Below, in pieces: positions 19,493 to 29,560 of a stretch of DNA of 64,000 nucleotides. The position numbers and the translations under genes are program-made. Numbering within the stretch: position 1 is the stretch's first letter; each line of letters opens with the position of its first letter. Where the stretch lies: the NCBI GenBank assembly GCA_043747615.1, contig JAYTOU010000064.1, positions 1 through 64,000 of the forward strand, written 5' to 3'. The DNA comes from Myxococcales bacterium. GTDB lineage: Bacteria; Myxococcota_A; Polyangia; Polyangiales; Polyangiaceae. Under the pieces are notes generated by a model. The model made no database searches, had not been told where the DNA came from, and was given only the letters and a program-made list of their open reading frames with translations.

Positions 19493-20311
19493 CTAGACCC
19501 ACGCGTTGTTGAGGATCTCGCCGACGCCGCCCGCCCCAGGGACGATGTACTGGTGCTCGTCGAGCCCGCGCTCTTCCGCCCAGCGTGTGCCCGGAACGGT
19601 GGCGAGAACGTCTGCAGCGCTGAGGCCGCGGTCGAGACGGAGCGCGTAGACGATGACCTCGGGGTGGGCCGCGAGAATGTTCTTCACGTACTCGGGGGTG
19701 ACGATCAAGTGCATGGTGATGCAGCGCCCGGGCACGCCGTCGAGCTTGTTTTTGTAGTGGGAGATGGCGCTGATCATGGAGGAGCCCGTCGCCCCCATGG
19801 GATCGGGGAAGAGAATGATTCGCCCCTCGACGTCGCGACCGATCTTGGCGTCGTGCCACGTGGCGCCGGTGACTTGCCCTTGCGCGTTCGTCGACCGCGA
19901 CATGAAAAGATGATCTTGGCGCACGCCGTGAGGATCGAGCACTTCGTTCAGGAGATCGTAGACGACCTGTGACGGCATCGTCCCTGCGCGGGCGATTCCC
20001 ACCGTGACCGCCTTGGTGAGCGGCGCGATGGCCTCACCGCGGTATACGGCCTCGGGGGACGTGCTCACCATGCGCGTGGGAACGTCGATGCGCGTGCGCG
20101 GAAATTCCGCAGCGAGCACGATCTCCGAGAGCCGCTCGTAAAGGACCTTCACGAGGCGCCCGACGTTGGGCTGTACGGTCTCGCGGGCCGAGAGACGCGC
20201 GAGCTGCGTCCAGGCCAGAGGATCGTCGATCAAGTGGACGTTCGGTCCGTAGCGATGCTCGATCTCGAGTGGCTTGAACTTGCTCTTCAGATACGCCGTC
20301 TCGGTTCCCAT
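19493..20311 (-). CDS. upp: Uracil phosphoribosyltransferase-like protein
   Basis: IARAG, PRPP loop FPDPMGATGSS, C-terminal LDEHQYIVPGAG. Confidence 0.8.
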   Translation of the reverse strand: MGTETAYLKSKFKPLEIEHRYGPNVHLIDDPLAWTQLARLSARETVQPNVGRLVKVLYERLSEIVLAAEFPRTRIDVPTRMVSTSPEAVYRGEAIAPLTKAVTVGIARAGTMPSQVVYDLLNEVLDPHGVRQDHLFMSRSTNAQGQVTGATWHDAKIGRDVEGRIILFPDPMGATGSSMISAISHYKNKLDGVPGRCITMHLIVTPEYVKNILAAHPEVIVYALRLDRGLSAADVLATVPGTRWAEERGLDEHQYIVPGAGGVGEILNNAWV

Positions 20312-20321
20312 CAGCCCGAGC

Positions 20322-20897
20322 TCAGGTCCAATGACCGGCGCGCATCGCTGCGGCGTCGATCACTTTCACCTTCGGTCCGAGCGCCTCACGGAAGCTGTCC
20401 TCGTCCTCGTCGTCCATGATGGCGTCGCCGAAGCCGGCTGCGATTTCCATCGCCGTTGAGACGATGCGCAAGAACTGAGCGAAGCTTGATCCTACGAGCG
20501 TGGGGACCCATTTGTCCTGGCCGCTCATCGCCGTGTACACGGGGCAATCGCCTTCCGGATCGGGCTTCGAGGTATCCAGAAAATAGGGATCGCTGAGCAG
20601 TGAGCTCTCTCCGATCACCACCCATGCCGGCTTACGCGATTCGGGCGACGTCACGTTCGCCTGCGCCTTCACGAGCTCGGCTGCGGGGATGAACCGGATG
20701 CGCTCGACCGGGGTAACCGACTCGACCTTGAGCGGGTTCGCCGCCAGGAGAAAGTCTCGGTAGCGCTTCGGAATACGCAGCTCTTTTTTGAGGCTCTCGA
20801 CGAGCTCCGGCGGCGCTTTGCCGAACGTCGCTTCGATCTTCCTCTTCAAGAAAACCGCTTTCAGACCGTCAATTGCGTCCGCGAGATCACTGTCCAC
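20322..20897 (-). CDS. SMI1/KNR4 family protein
   Basis: ELVESLKKELRIPKRYRDFL, DPYFLD, DCPVY, SFAQFL pattern; GTG start with GAGG inferred inside the longer track ORF. Confidence 0.7.
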   Translation of the reverse strand: MDSDLADAIDGLKAVFLKRKIEATFGKAPPELVESLKKELRIPKRYRDFLLAANPLKVESVTPVERIRFIPAAELVKAQANVTSPESRKPAWVVIGESSLLSDPYFLDTSKPDPEGDCPVYTAMSGQDKWVPTLVGSSFAQFLRIVSTAMEIAAGFGDAIMDDEDEDSFREALGPKVKVIDAAAMRAGHWT

Positions 20898-20976
20898 GAT
20901 CGCCTCTTCAACGTGATCGATAAGCCGCAAACCCCCGCGGAAAGGCAGCAACCTACCACCACTCGCATGCGTTTTG

Positions 20977-21537
20977 TCACATAATTTTCCGGTCACCACG
21001 CACCACGCAGCGGACGGTCGCATTGACGCTCGCGGCGTTCGAAGTTCCCTCGCTCGTCCGGAGCGATTGCACGAGCTCGTCGACGGCACGGTCGGCGGTG
21101 CGGGATGCGACGGAGGGAGCGAGCGCGCCGGTCGTGATCGGATCAGCTGCGGTAACCGAAACCCGCGCCCGCGCGAGCTCGTTGTTCGGAAAAACGAGAT
21201 CGACGGTGAAGCGCAGCGCGAGCGATCCGTGTTCGCGCACGCCGAAAACCGCAGAATCGTGCGCCAGTGCAGAGCACAAGTACGCGCTCCCTTCGCCGCC
21301 ATCGGTGCCGATCACCAAACGCGTCCACGTTCCCGCGTCGAGCACCTCGCGGTCGGTCGTCGTAGTCACCACACGAACGCAGCTGTTTTTCAGCAGATCG
21401 CGAACTTCGCCGGCCACGCACGGCGGGGCTGGGCAGAACGGGCTCGACGCCATGACGGCAGCCCGTGGACATCGCTCGCCGACCGCGGGCTTCGCGGCGC
21501 AGCCAATGAGCAACACCGCAAGGAGCGCGCGCACCAT
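20977..21537 (-). CDS. Hypothetical lipoprotein
   Basis: MVRALLAVLLIGC signal/lipobox; 186 aa. Confidence 0.6.
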   Translation of the reverse strand: MVRALLAVLLIGCAAKPAVGERCPRAAVMASSPFCPAPPCVAGEVRDLLKNSCVRVVTTTTDREVLDAGTWTRLVIGTDGGEGSAYLCSALAHDSAVFGVREHGSLALRFTVDLVFPNNELARARVSVTAADPITTGALAPSVASRTADRAVDELVQSLRTSEGTSNAASVNATVRCVVRGDRKIM

Positions 21538-21603
21538 CCGGACGGTATCACGCGCCGTCAGATCTCGACCCGTCGCTCCAAAATGCTAGAGCGCTAGCCC
21601 TCT

Positions 21604-22950
21604 ATGCTTACCGTCCACCTCGATGGGACCTCGTCCGCGGCCGAAGCCCTTCGTTGCTTGTCCGCGCGCGGTGAGGCCGATTTTGCCCGCGTCGAGGCGG
21701 TCGTCCGCGAGATCATCGATTCCGTGCGCAAGGGCGGAGACGCCGCCGTCCGCCGCTACGCAGCACAGTTCGAGCCGCAAGGGTCAACCAGGCGATTCGA
21801 CGAAACGAGACCGCTCCTTCTTCGGGAGTTCGACGGGAAGGGCGCCCTCGATCGACTCTCCGGCCGCGCGCGGGATGCTCTCGAGCTCTCCGCCGAACGC
21901 ATTCGCGCCTTCCACGAGCACGGAAAAGAGGCTGGATTTCGCTACACCACAGACGGCGTCACCCTCGGCATGCGCGTCACGCCCGTGCGCCGCGCGGCGG
22001 TCTACGCACCCGGCGGAAAGGCTCGTTACCCGTCAAGCGTCCTCATGGCGGCAATCCCCGCGCGGGTCGCGGGTGTCCCCGACGTTCTCGTCGCCACACC
22101 CCTGTCGGGAGATGAGCACGACGATCCGATCTTCGCAGCCGCGCATCTCGCAGGCGTGTCGGCCATCGTCGACGCGGGCGGTGCGCAGGCCATCGCGGCG
22201 CTCGCGTACGGCACCGAGTCGATCCCTCGGGTCGACAAGATCGTGGGTCCAGGCAACATCTACGTCGCATGCGCAAAAAGGCTCGTTTTCGGCGCAGTGT
22301 CCATCGACGGCGTGGCCGGTCCGAGCGAGATTCTCATTCTCGCCGACGACGCGAGTGACCCTCGGCTCGTCGCCGCCGACCTGATTTCGCAAGCGGAGCA
22401 CGACGAAGCCGCGTACCCGCTGCTCCTTTGCACGTCGGATCTTTTCGCGTACGCGGTCGACCAAGAGATCGAGTCGCAGCTCCAGACGCTTCCCCGAGCA
22501 AAAATCGCCCGCGCTTCCTTTGCTGCAAACGGTCACGCCTTCGTGGTTTCGGGGCGCGCCCGCATGGCAGAGGTCGCCGACGAGCTCGCAGCCGAGCACC
22601 TCAGCCTTCACGTGACCGATCCCGAGGCCATATTGCCGGCCATTTCGCGGGCCGGAGCCGCCTTTCTGGGGCCCTTGACGCCAGAGGCAGCGGGGGACTA
22701 TCTCGCGGGTCCTTCGCATGTCCTGCCCACCGGCGGGGCCGTGCGCTTTGGATCTCCCTTAGGAATCTATGACTTCGTGACCCGAACCTCGCTTATTCGG
22801 TACTCCGCAGAGGCTCTAGCCCGTCACGCGCCTGCGATTTGTGTCCTTGGGCGGCTTGAGGGGTTGGAGGGCCATGCCCGGGCCGTCGAGGCTCGAACCG
22901 AGACCTCCGGGGCCTTCATGAGGGAGTCGCAGAGGGAGTCACAGTCCTAA
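21604..22950 (+). CDS. hisD: Histidinol dehydrogenase
   Basis: YAPGGKARYPSSVLM, GGAQAIAALAYGT, KIVGPGN, AGPSE, SQAEHD, EHL, GDYLAGPSHVLPT. Confidence 0.97.
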   Translation: MLTVHLDGTSSAAEALRCLSARGEADFARVEAVVREIIDSVRKGGDAAVRRYAAQFEPQGSTRRFDETRPLLLREFDGKGALDRLSGRARDALELSAERIRAFHEHGKEAGFRYTTDGVTLGMRVTPVRRAAVYAPGGKARYPSSVLMAAIPARVAGVPDVLVATPLSGDEHDDPIFAAAHLAGVSAIVDAGGAQAIAALAYGTESIPRVDKIVGPGNIYVACAKRLVFGAVSIDGVAGPSEILILADDASDPRLVAADLISQAEHDEAAYPLLLCTSDLFAYAVDQEIESQLQTLPRAKIARASFAANGHAFVVSGRARMAEVADELAAEHLSLHVTDPEAILPAISRAGAAFLGPLTPEAAGDYLAGPSHVLPTGGAVRFGSPLGIYDFVTRTSLIRYSAEALARHAPAICVLGRLEGLEGHARAVEARTETSGAFMRESQRESQS

Positions 22951-23025
22951 CGGGGGTCGCGTGGTCCCCGTGCGAAGGTCGACGCAGTTGGCGTCAACTG
23001 TTGGTAATTACAAAAGTTTCGTTAG

Positions 23026-23041
23026 TGGTTTGATGTTTGCA
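23026..23041 (+). promoter_or_regulatory. Candidate sigma54 (-24/-12) promoter of the metalloprotease gene
   Basis: TGGTTTGATGTTTGCA = GG-N10-GC with TTGCA, ~57 bp upstream of ATG 23098; imperfect -24 box. Confidence 0.4.
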
Positions 23042-23097
23042 TCAAGGCGGCGCGTCGGTCGAAGACCTTCGACTGGGGCTTTTGAAGGAGGATCGGT

Positions 23098-26000
23098 ATG
23101 CAACCGAAGTGGAAGCGAAGACTAGGTTTGGCGGCGATTTTTGGGGCAGTTGGCTCAGCCTCGATCGGATGTGCGCAGGAGCGCGCTCCGATTAATCGAG
23201 TCCAGGCAAATGCCTTGTCGAAGCACTTTTTCGTCGGGCAAAACCTGAGCGATCCTGTGGACGACCCAGAGTTCTACATGCGGAACACGGTGATCGACGT
23301 CCCTTACGCTGCGGCGCAAGACGGACTCTTCACCGCCTCCTACGCGCAGCCGATCAGCCGCGTGAAGTGGGAGATCTCCGAGAACACGCTCATCGGACGT
23401 CAGACGTACGAGCACATTACGGACACCGATCACAACGGCACGAAGCGGACGAACAACGGCCAAGTGGTCGCGATGTTCACCATTCAGAGCCACTTCGACA
23501 TCCGCCGCGACTACAACCCGGCAACGGGCGAAGAGCTCAACGTCGTCACCGAGAACTCCACCGATCGCCCCTGGTATCAGCGCGAATATATGCGCGTTGA
23601 CTGGTCGAAGAACCAGGTCACCGACGGCTACGAAGTCGACACGCTTTCGCAAATCGGCGTGTTCGGCGGCGTCAAGTTCGACCCGATGTCCTACTACGTC
23701 GAAGACCCCAACAGCCCCGACCACCCCGCTTTCGACGAGAAAGAGGGCTATTTTGACGTCACGACCAAGGCGTTCGCGACGCCCCAAGTCATCCAGACGC
23801 CGTTCGGGTCGTTCCCCGCCTGCTTCCTCCCCGCCGATTACGGTGGAGCAGCACCCGCGGCGAACTGCAACCCGACGGAAGTCACGCTCCGCCTCTCCTT
23901 CAAGAAGGTCGTCAACAACGACTACGAGCCGGAGGACTGGACGGGCACGAAGCAAGAAGCGTTCGGCTGGTTCACCCAGGAGCGTTACGGGTACGAGCGC
24001 AACTACGGCATCCTCGACGAGGGCTGGCATCGCTTCGCTTCCCGCTACAACATCTGGGAGAAGAGCCACGTCGAAGGCTCCCAGTGCGCGGTCGATTACT
24101 GGCGCGACGATCTCGGCAACGTTGGCAAGTACAAGGTCAGCACAGACGGCGGCTTCCTCTTCGATCCGAACACGGGCCTTCCGATCCCGGATCCCGCGGG
24201 CAAGCCCTATGCGGGAACGCCCGTCGGCAACGGCGGCGCGCTCGGCGTCCTGCCGAACGGCAAGAACGATCCCTACACCCAAGTGGCGTGGGTTCACCGC
24301 GATCTCAACCACGACAAGACCGAGGACGACTGCGAGTTCAAGAACGCTGCGGGCACACTCGTTCACCCCGGCTCGCACTGCGATGAGTTCACGCGCAAGT
24401 GCGCGCTCCCGTTGAACGAGCGCAAGATCAAGACGATCCCCTGGTACTACGGCCTCAACGCACCGGCGGATCTCTTCCCGTCGACGGCGAACGCCCTCAA
24501 CCAGTGGAACATCGCGGTCAAGCAGGCGGCGCAAATCGGAATGATGGTCGAAGCCAAGCGCGTCAAGGCAGATGCCTCCGGCTACATGACCGACGAGCAG
24601 GCGCTCAAGGACGACGCAGGCAAGACGGTCACCGAAGTCTTCGTTCTCTGCCACAACCCGACGATCGACAGCGATCACGCGGCGTGCTTCGGCCAGGGCG
24701 AGAACGGTCAACCGAAGCAGGTCACGGCCCGCCTCGGCGACATTCGCTACAACAGCGTCAACATCATCAACAACCCGCAGACCCCTTCCCCCTGGGGAAT
24801 CATGGTCGACGCGGACGATCCCCTCACGGGCGAGAAGGTTTCCACCAGCGTCAACGAGTGGGGCCACGTGCTCGACATCGCGTCGCAGGGCACGGAAGAC
24901 CTCCTCCGCTGGATCAACGGTGAAATCACCGACGAGCAGATCACCAGCGGCAAGTACTTGCACGCTTGGGCCACGGCATCGCAGCTCGGTACCGCGCAGC
25001 ATCAAGCCAAGACGCTCGATGCCGGCGAAATCAGGTCGCGCCTGAACTCGGCGGACACCAGCCTGTCGAAGCTCAATGGGCTCACGGTCGCCGACCGAAG
25101 CATGCCGCTCGAAATTCAGCGTCTGAAGGCAGCGGAGAATCTCGCCAGGACCAGCGGTCCGGGCATGAACTCGATTTTCGAAGGTTCGCGCCAGGCGCTC
25201 ATCGGAACGAAGTTCGAAGCGCAGATGGTCAATCCGACGACCCTCGCCGCTGCCGGCATGGACCCTGCGACCCCGGTCGCGGGCGACGACAACACCCTTG
25301 CGAAGGCTTCCCCGCTCCGCGGTCTCAATCCGGGCCTCTCCAAGTGGCTCCGGAAAATGAAGAACAACGCGATGGCAAAGCACGGCTCCTGCATGATCGA
25401 GCAGCCGGAGCCCGATTCGCTCGTCGGAATGGCTCGTCAAGCGATGCGTCTGTACCCGCTCCCCGCGGCGAACGACCAGAACTACCCGGCCCTGAAGATC
25501 GCCCGTGACCAGGCGCTCCACCAGTGGATCCGTGAGCAGTTCCACATCTCGGTCATCGCGCACGAGATGGGGCACTCCATGGGCCTCCGCCACAACTTCA
25601 CCGGCACCTACGACGCCCTCAACTACAAGACGCAGTACTGGCAGCTCCGCACGCGCAACGGCAAAGAGAAGGCGTGCACGGATGCCGTCACCTCCCACAC
25701 CAACGGCGAAGATTGCGTCGGCCCGCGCTGGGTCGATCCGGTCACGGACGCAGAGGTCAACGGTCTCATCTGGAAGTGGGGTTCCACGACCGTGATGGAT
25801 TACCCGGGCGACCAGACCCAGGACATGAACGACATTGGTCCGTACGACAAGGCCGCCATGCGCTTCGGTTACGCCACCGTCGTTGACGTCGACAAAGACG
25901 CCGTCGAAGGCACGACCAAGGGCAGAGCGTATCAGGAGTCCCTCGACGGCTTCGGCGGCATCGGCGGCCAGAACGTCGGCGGGCTGCACTACAGCAACTA

Positions 26001-27576
26001 CAACGACGCCTTCAAGACGCTCGGCAAGTGCGGACCGCAGAGTGATCCCAACGACGCCCTCAGCGCGAAGTGCTCGGGCTTCGACGTCGACTACGTGTCG
26101 CGTCGCGACATGCACGACACCCCGAAGTACGGACCGCAGTACCTCGTGGTTCGTCCTGACCTCATCTCCCGCTTCGCGATCGACGAGAACCACCACGTTC
26201 GTCACCCGTACATGTTCGGGTCTGACGAGTTCGCGGACACCGGCAACGTTCCCGTCTTCCGCTTCGACACCGGCGCTGACTCCTACGAGCAGTTCCAGTT
26301 CCTGATCTCGACCTACGAGAACCGGTACATCTTCGACAACTTCCGCCGTAGTCGCACGACGTTCTCGACGCGCACGCAAGTCAACCGCGCCCAGGACCGT
26401 TACTTCGACAAGATCCAGGGAATGACGAAGAGCCTCGCGCTCCTCGTTGGTCTCTCGAGCCAGCCGGAAGTCGACAAGGCGAACCCGGGTGGTCTGATGC
26501 CGCTCGTGCTCGGGGCCTCCGATGGTCTCGCGATGTTCGCACGCATCATCACCCGTCCCGAGCCCGGCGCGTACGCCATCCAGAAAGCCGGCCCCTCCGG
26601 CATGAACGTGGACTTCGCGGAGCTCGAGGATTTCAACGCTCTCATCAACACCCCGAACGGCGACTTCAAGATTGCCCTTGGCTCTGGTGAAGGTCGCTAC
26701 ATCCACAACGACTACGACTACTCGCAGGGTTACTACTGGGCCGACTACCAGACCCAAGTGGGAACCGCCTTCGAGAAGCAGAACGCGACGTACTACCTCA
26801 CCGAGGCGTACAACCACTTCATCGCGAACTCGAAGGAAGACTACGTTGACGGTCGCTACAAGAACCTCAACTACGCCAGCCTCTATCCGAACCAGATGCG
26901 CCGGCTCTTCGCCCAGACCATGCAGGACGATCCCACCAGCCTCGGCGGGTTCATCTCGCTGTCGCCGGGAACGCTCTCCAAGGACGGAGTAGCTCGCGTC
27001 AAGTACCTCCCCTGGGAGAAGTACGATCTGAGCGACACCTCCACGACGGCCCTCGATTACTCGAAGGACGCCGTGGTCCTCTCCCCGCTCGTCGGCTGGG
27101 AGTTCCAGTACCGCGCGCTCATCGAGCAGTTCCGTTACGGCTCGACCACGCTGACGATGGACTACATCGACCAGCTCCGCGTCTACTCGCCGGGCGGTGG
27201 AGACACGATCTCCATCGATCCGAAAGAGCAGGTCCGCTACCGCGATCCGGCCACGGGTGTCGAGTACGTCGCCCGCACCTACGGCAAAGAGATGGTCAAC
27301 GCCAAGAACGGGATGACCGAGAAGTCCTCTGGAGCACGCATGATTCAGTATGCGAACAGCGTTGCTCGCGCCAACTACGTTCTCGATGGAGCCGCTCCGA
27401 GCGGCGGCGTAGACCCCGTCAACGGGGAGCTCACGTTCCTCAAGGACAGCCAGAACAATCCCCTCTGCAAGCCGGGCAACGATTGTGCAGCGGCCAACCA
27501 GAAGCTGAAGCTCTACTCGGCGAACCTCGACAGCATCCGCCAGCTCGCGCGTGCGCTCGGATACGGTCCGCTTTGA
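23098..27576 (+). CDS. Large zinc-dependent metalloprotease lipoprotein (zincin, EcxA/DUF4953-like)
   Basis: AGGAGG RBS; lipobox SIGC; HEMGHSMGLRHNF zinc motif and TVMDY Met-turn; 1492 aa; very strong C/G third-position bias. Confidence 0.88.
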   Translation: MQPKWKRRLGLAAIFGAVGSASIGCAQERAPINRVQANALSKHFFVGQNLSDPVDDPEFYMRNTVIDVPYAAAQDGLFTASYAQPISRVKWEISENTLIGRQTYEHITDTDHNGTKRTNNGQVVAMFTIQSHFDIRRDYNPATGEELNVVTENSTDRPWYQREYMRVDWSKNQVTDGYEVDTLSQIGVFGGVKFDPMSYYVEDPNSPDHPAFDEKEGYFDVTTKAFATPQVIQTPFGSFPACFLPADYGGAAPAANCNPTEVTLRLSFKKVVNNDYEPEDWTGTKQEAFGWFTQERYGYERNYGILDEGWHRFASRYNIWEKSHVEGSQCAVDYWRDDLGNVGKYKVSTDGGFLFDPNTGLPIPDPAGKPYAGTPVGNGGALGVLPNGKNDPYTQVAWVHRDLNHDKTEDDCEFKNAAGTLVHPGSHCDEFTRKCALPLNERKIKTIPWYYGLNAPADLFPSTANALNQWNIAVKQAAQIGMMVEAKRVKADASGYMTDEQALKDDAGKTVTEVFVLCHNPTIDSDHAACFGQGENGQPKQVTARLGDIRYNSVNIINNPQTPSPWGIMVDADDPLTGEKVSTSVNEWGHVLDIASQGTEDLLRWINGEITDEQITSGKYLHAWATASQLGTAQHQAKTLDAGEIRSRLNSADTSLSKLNGLTVADRSMPLEIQRLKAAENLARTSGPGMNSIFEGSRQALIGTKFEAQMVNPTTLAAAGMDPATPVAGDDNTLAKASPLRGLNPGLSKWLRKMKNNAMAKHGSCMIEQPEPDSLVGMARQAMRLYPLPAANDQNYPALKIARDQALHQWIREQFHISVIAHEMGHSMGLRHNFTGTYDALNYKTQYWQLRTRNGKEKACTDAVTSHTNGEDCVGPRWVDPVTDAEVNGLIWKWGSTTVMDYPGDQTQDMNDIGPYDKAAMRFGYATVVDVDKDAVEGTTKGRAYQESLDGFGGIGGQNVGGLHYSNYNDAFKTLGKCGPQSDPNDALSAKCSGFDVDYVSRRDMHDTPKYGPQYLVVRPDLISRFAIDENHHVRHPYMFGSDEFADTGNVPVFRFDTGADSYEQFQFLISTYENRYIFDNFRRSRTTFSTRTQVNRAQDRYFDKIQGMTKSLALLVGLSSQPEVDKANPGGLMPLVLGASDGLAMFARIITRPEPGAYAIQKAGPSGMNVDFAELEDFNALINTPNGDFKIALGSGEGRYIHNDYDYSQGYYWADYQTQVGTAFEKQNATYYLTEAYNHFIANSKEDYVDGRYKNLNYASLYPNQMRRLFAQTMQDDPTSLGGFISLSPGTLSKDGVARVKYLPWEKYDLSDTSTTALDYSKDAVVLSPLVGWEFQYRALIEQFRYGSTTLTMDYIDQLRVYSPGGGDTISIDPKEQVRYRDPATGVEYVARTYGKEMVNAKNGMTEKSSGARMIQYANSVARANYVLDGAAPSGGVDPVNGELTFLKDSQNNPLCKPGNDCAAANQKLKLYSANLDSIRQLARALGYGPL

Positions 27577-27599
27577 GTTAGCGCATTCACTGAAACCCT

Positions 27600-27638
27600 C
27601 GGACGCCTCGACTCTTCGGAGTCGGGGCGTTCGTGTTT
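27600..27638. terminator. Hairpin terminator between convergent genes
   Basis: CGGACGCCTCGACTC-TTCG-GAGTCGGGGCGTTCG stem with cUUCGg loop, then TGTTT. Confidence 0.75.
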
Positions 27639-27654
27639 AAAGGGCCTGAAAAGC

Positions 27655-28437
27655 CTAGGTGACGCGCGCCGAGACGATGCGAAAAACACGGGGAACGACC
27701 CGCGCGCCGAACGAAGCGATCCGCACGAAGAGGCTCGTCTCGACGACCGAGCGATGTTTCTCGACGGCGCGGATCGTCTGCTCGGCGACGTCATCCGGCG
27801 TTTGGACCTTGGTGGATTTTACTCGCACGCCCGGCTCCGTGTTGTGGGTGAAGGCGTTCGCGCGAAACGGCGTTTCAACGGGGCCTGGTCTCACTACCAG
27901 CACCGATACACCCAGATCAGATACTTCAGCGCGGAGAGACATCGACACGGCCTCGAGCGCAAACTTGGTTGCGGCGTACGCGCCCATCTTCGCCACCGCA
28001 GCAACTCCGGCGATGGAAGACACCATCACCACCGTGCCCGAGGACCTCGCAAGATCGTCGAGCGCGAGCTGCGCAAGATGCAGCGGAGCGATCACGTTGA
28101 GCGCGAAGAGCGCCTCGAACTCGCCGAGATCGATGTCGCGGATGGCGCTGTAATACCCGCGGCCTGCGTTGTTGACGAGGACGTCGATTCTTCCGCGGTC
28201 GTGCCGCGCGCGCTCGATGAGTCGAACCCGAGCGCGAGGGTCGGTGACGTCACCGGGCTCGCTCAACGCTTCTCCGCCGGCCGCTTCGATCTCGCGTTTC
28301 ACTGCCGCGAGGGCCACTTCATCGCGCCCGCTGATCACGACGCACGCTCCGCGCTTTGCCCAAGCCAACGCGAGAGAGCGACCGATTCCGCTCGAGGCGC
28401 CCGTGATGATGACGACCTGGCGTTGGTCGGCGTTCAC
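27655..28437 (-). CDS. Short-chain dehydrogenase/reductase
   Basis: TGASSGIG, NNAG, YAATK, RPGPV. Confidence 0.92.
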   Translation of the reverse strand: MNADQRQVVIITGASSGIGRSLALAWAKRGACVVISGRDEVALAAVKREIEAAGGEALSEPGDVTDPRARVRLIERARHDRGRIDVLVNNAGRGYYSAIRDIDLGEFEALFALNVIAPLHLAQLALDDLARSSGTVVMVSSIAGVAAVAKMGAYAATKFALEAVSMSLRAEVSDLGVSVLVVRPGPVETPFRANAFTHNTEPGVRVKSTKVQTPDDVAEQTIRAVEKHRSVVETSLFVRIASFGARVVPRVFRIVSARVT

Positions 28438-29411
28438 TCGGCCTTCAGGTACGACGCCTTCAGGAGCTTCAGGACGATCTGCACGGTCTCCAGGTCTGTT
28501 GCCTGGCTCTTGTTCATGACCGTCTCGAGGTGACCGTAGTTGTGCGCGAGCTGCAGGACGTCGAGCTCTTCGGGCTTGAGGGCGCGCAAAGGCGGAAGGA
28601 GCGGAGCGATCATCGAGAGGCGTGCGTTGAGATCCGGCAAGTCCTCGCGAATCTGATTGAACTCGTCGAGCTGGCGGATGCCCTCCATGAGGACTTCCTG
28701 CGCCGTAACGTCGATCTCGTTCGGGAATTCGCGGTCTTCGGGGGGATCGAGATCGAAGAGCCCTTTCTGCCAGGTGAGCATCCGATAGATGCTCTTCAGC
28801 GCGGGCACGTCGTCGAGGTCGTTGATCACCGCGTAGTAGATGTTGCCCTTCCGCAGGTAGATCCGACCGATGTCGTCTTCCGTGCGGATGACGAGAACGC
28901 CATTTTTCTTCGAGGTGCCGAACAGCTGCATCAAGTCCGGAAGCGGAACTTCTTCGATGCTCCCGGACATCGTGCGCGCTTGGCTGGTGCGGCGCTGAGC
29001 TGCGACGATCTCGAGCTCTTTCTTTGCGTCGGTCGTGTTCTCGCCCGACCCATCGCCGGCGATCAGCTTGAGGATGCTCGTGCCGATGAGGACGCGATCG
29101 CCCTCTTTTAGCCGCGCGCGCTTGATCTTTTCGCCGTTGACGAACGTGCCGTTCGTCGAGCCGAGATCCTCGATCCAGATCTGATCGGCCTGCATCTGAA
29201 TCTTCGCGTGCTTGCGACTGACCATGTCCTCGACGAGCACCATTTCGAGGTCGCTCGAGCGGCCGACGATGATTTGCTTTTCGGGAACGATCGGAAACTC
29301 GCCTCCCTGGTACTTCCCGCTGATGAAGCGAAGGACAAACGACTTCCCCGGCCGCATGGTCGTGGGCGAAGGCGCCTTCGGTGACTGATCTTGCATCGTG
29401 ATCGGGTTCAA
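28434..29411 (-). CDS. FHA domain + DUF4388 protein
   Basis: VGRSS...VSRKHA...DLGSTNGTFVNG FHA core; MSGSIEEVPLPDLMQLF DUF4388 start. Confidence 0.88.
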   Translation of the reverse strand: MNPITMQDQSPKAPSPTTMRPGKSFVLRFISGKYQGGEFPIVPEKQIIVGRSSDLEMVLVEDMVSRKHAKIQMQADQIWIEDLGSTNGTFVNGEKIKRARLKEGDRVLIGTSILKLIAGDGSGENTTDAKKELEIVAAQRRTSQARTMSGSIEEVPLPDLMQLFGTSKKNGVLVIRTEDDIGRIYLRKGNIYYAVINDLDDVPALKSIYRMLTWQKGLFDLDPPEDREFPNEIDVTAQEVLMEGIRQLDEFNQIREDLPDLNARLSMIAPLLPPLRALKPEELDVLQLAHNYGHLETVMNKSQATDLETVQIVLKLLKASYLKAE

Positions 29412-29560
29412 AGAATTTTGTTCGCGCCCTCTTTGCGGAGGAAAGCAGCGCTGTGCGGACGGGTGGATCCGAGGTCCGAGGTCGGGCTAAGGAGAGTTGC
29501 TCGAAAAGAGTAGCGAGCGACGGTAAAGATGGTCAAGTCGAGCGCAAGGAGTCGAAGAAA

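Noticed and set aside
23155..26817. 1220-aa antisense ORF opposite the metalloprotease
   Set aside because: Shadow of extreme codon bias in the sense gene; no motifs. The same applies to long shadows such as 4309-5925 and 35007-37046
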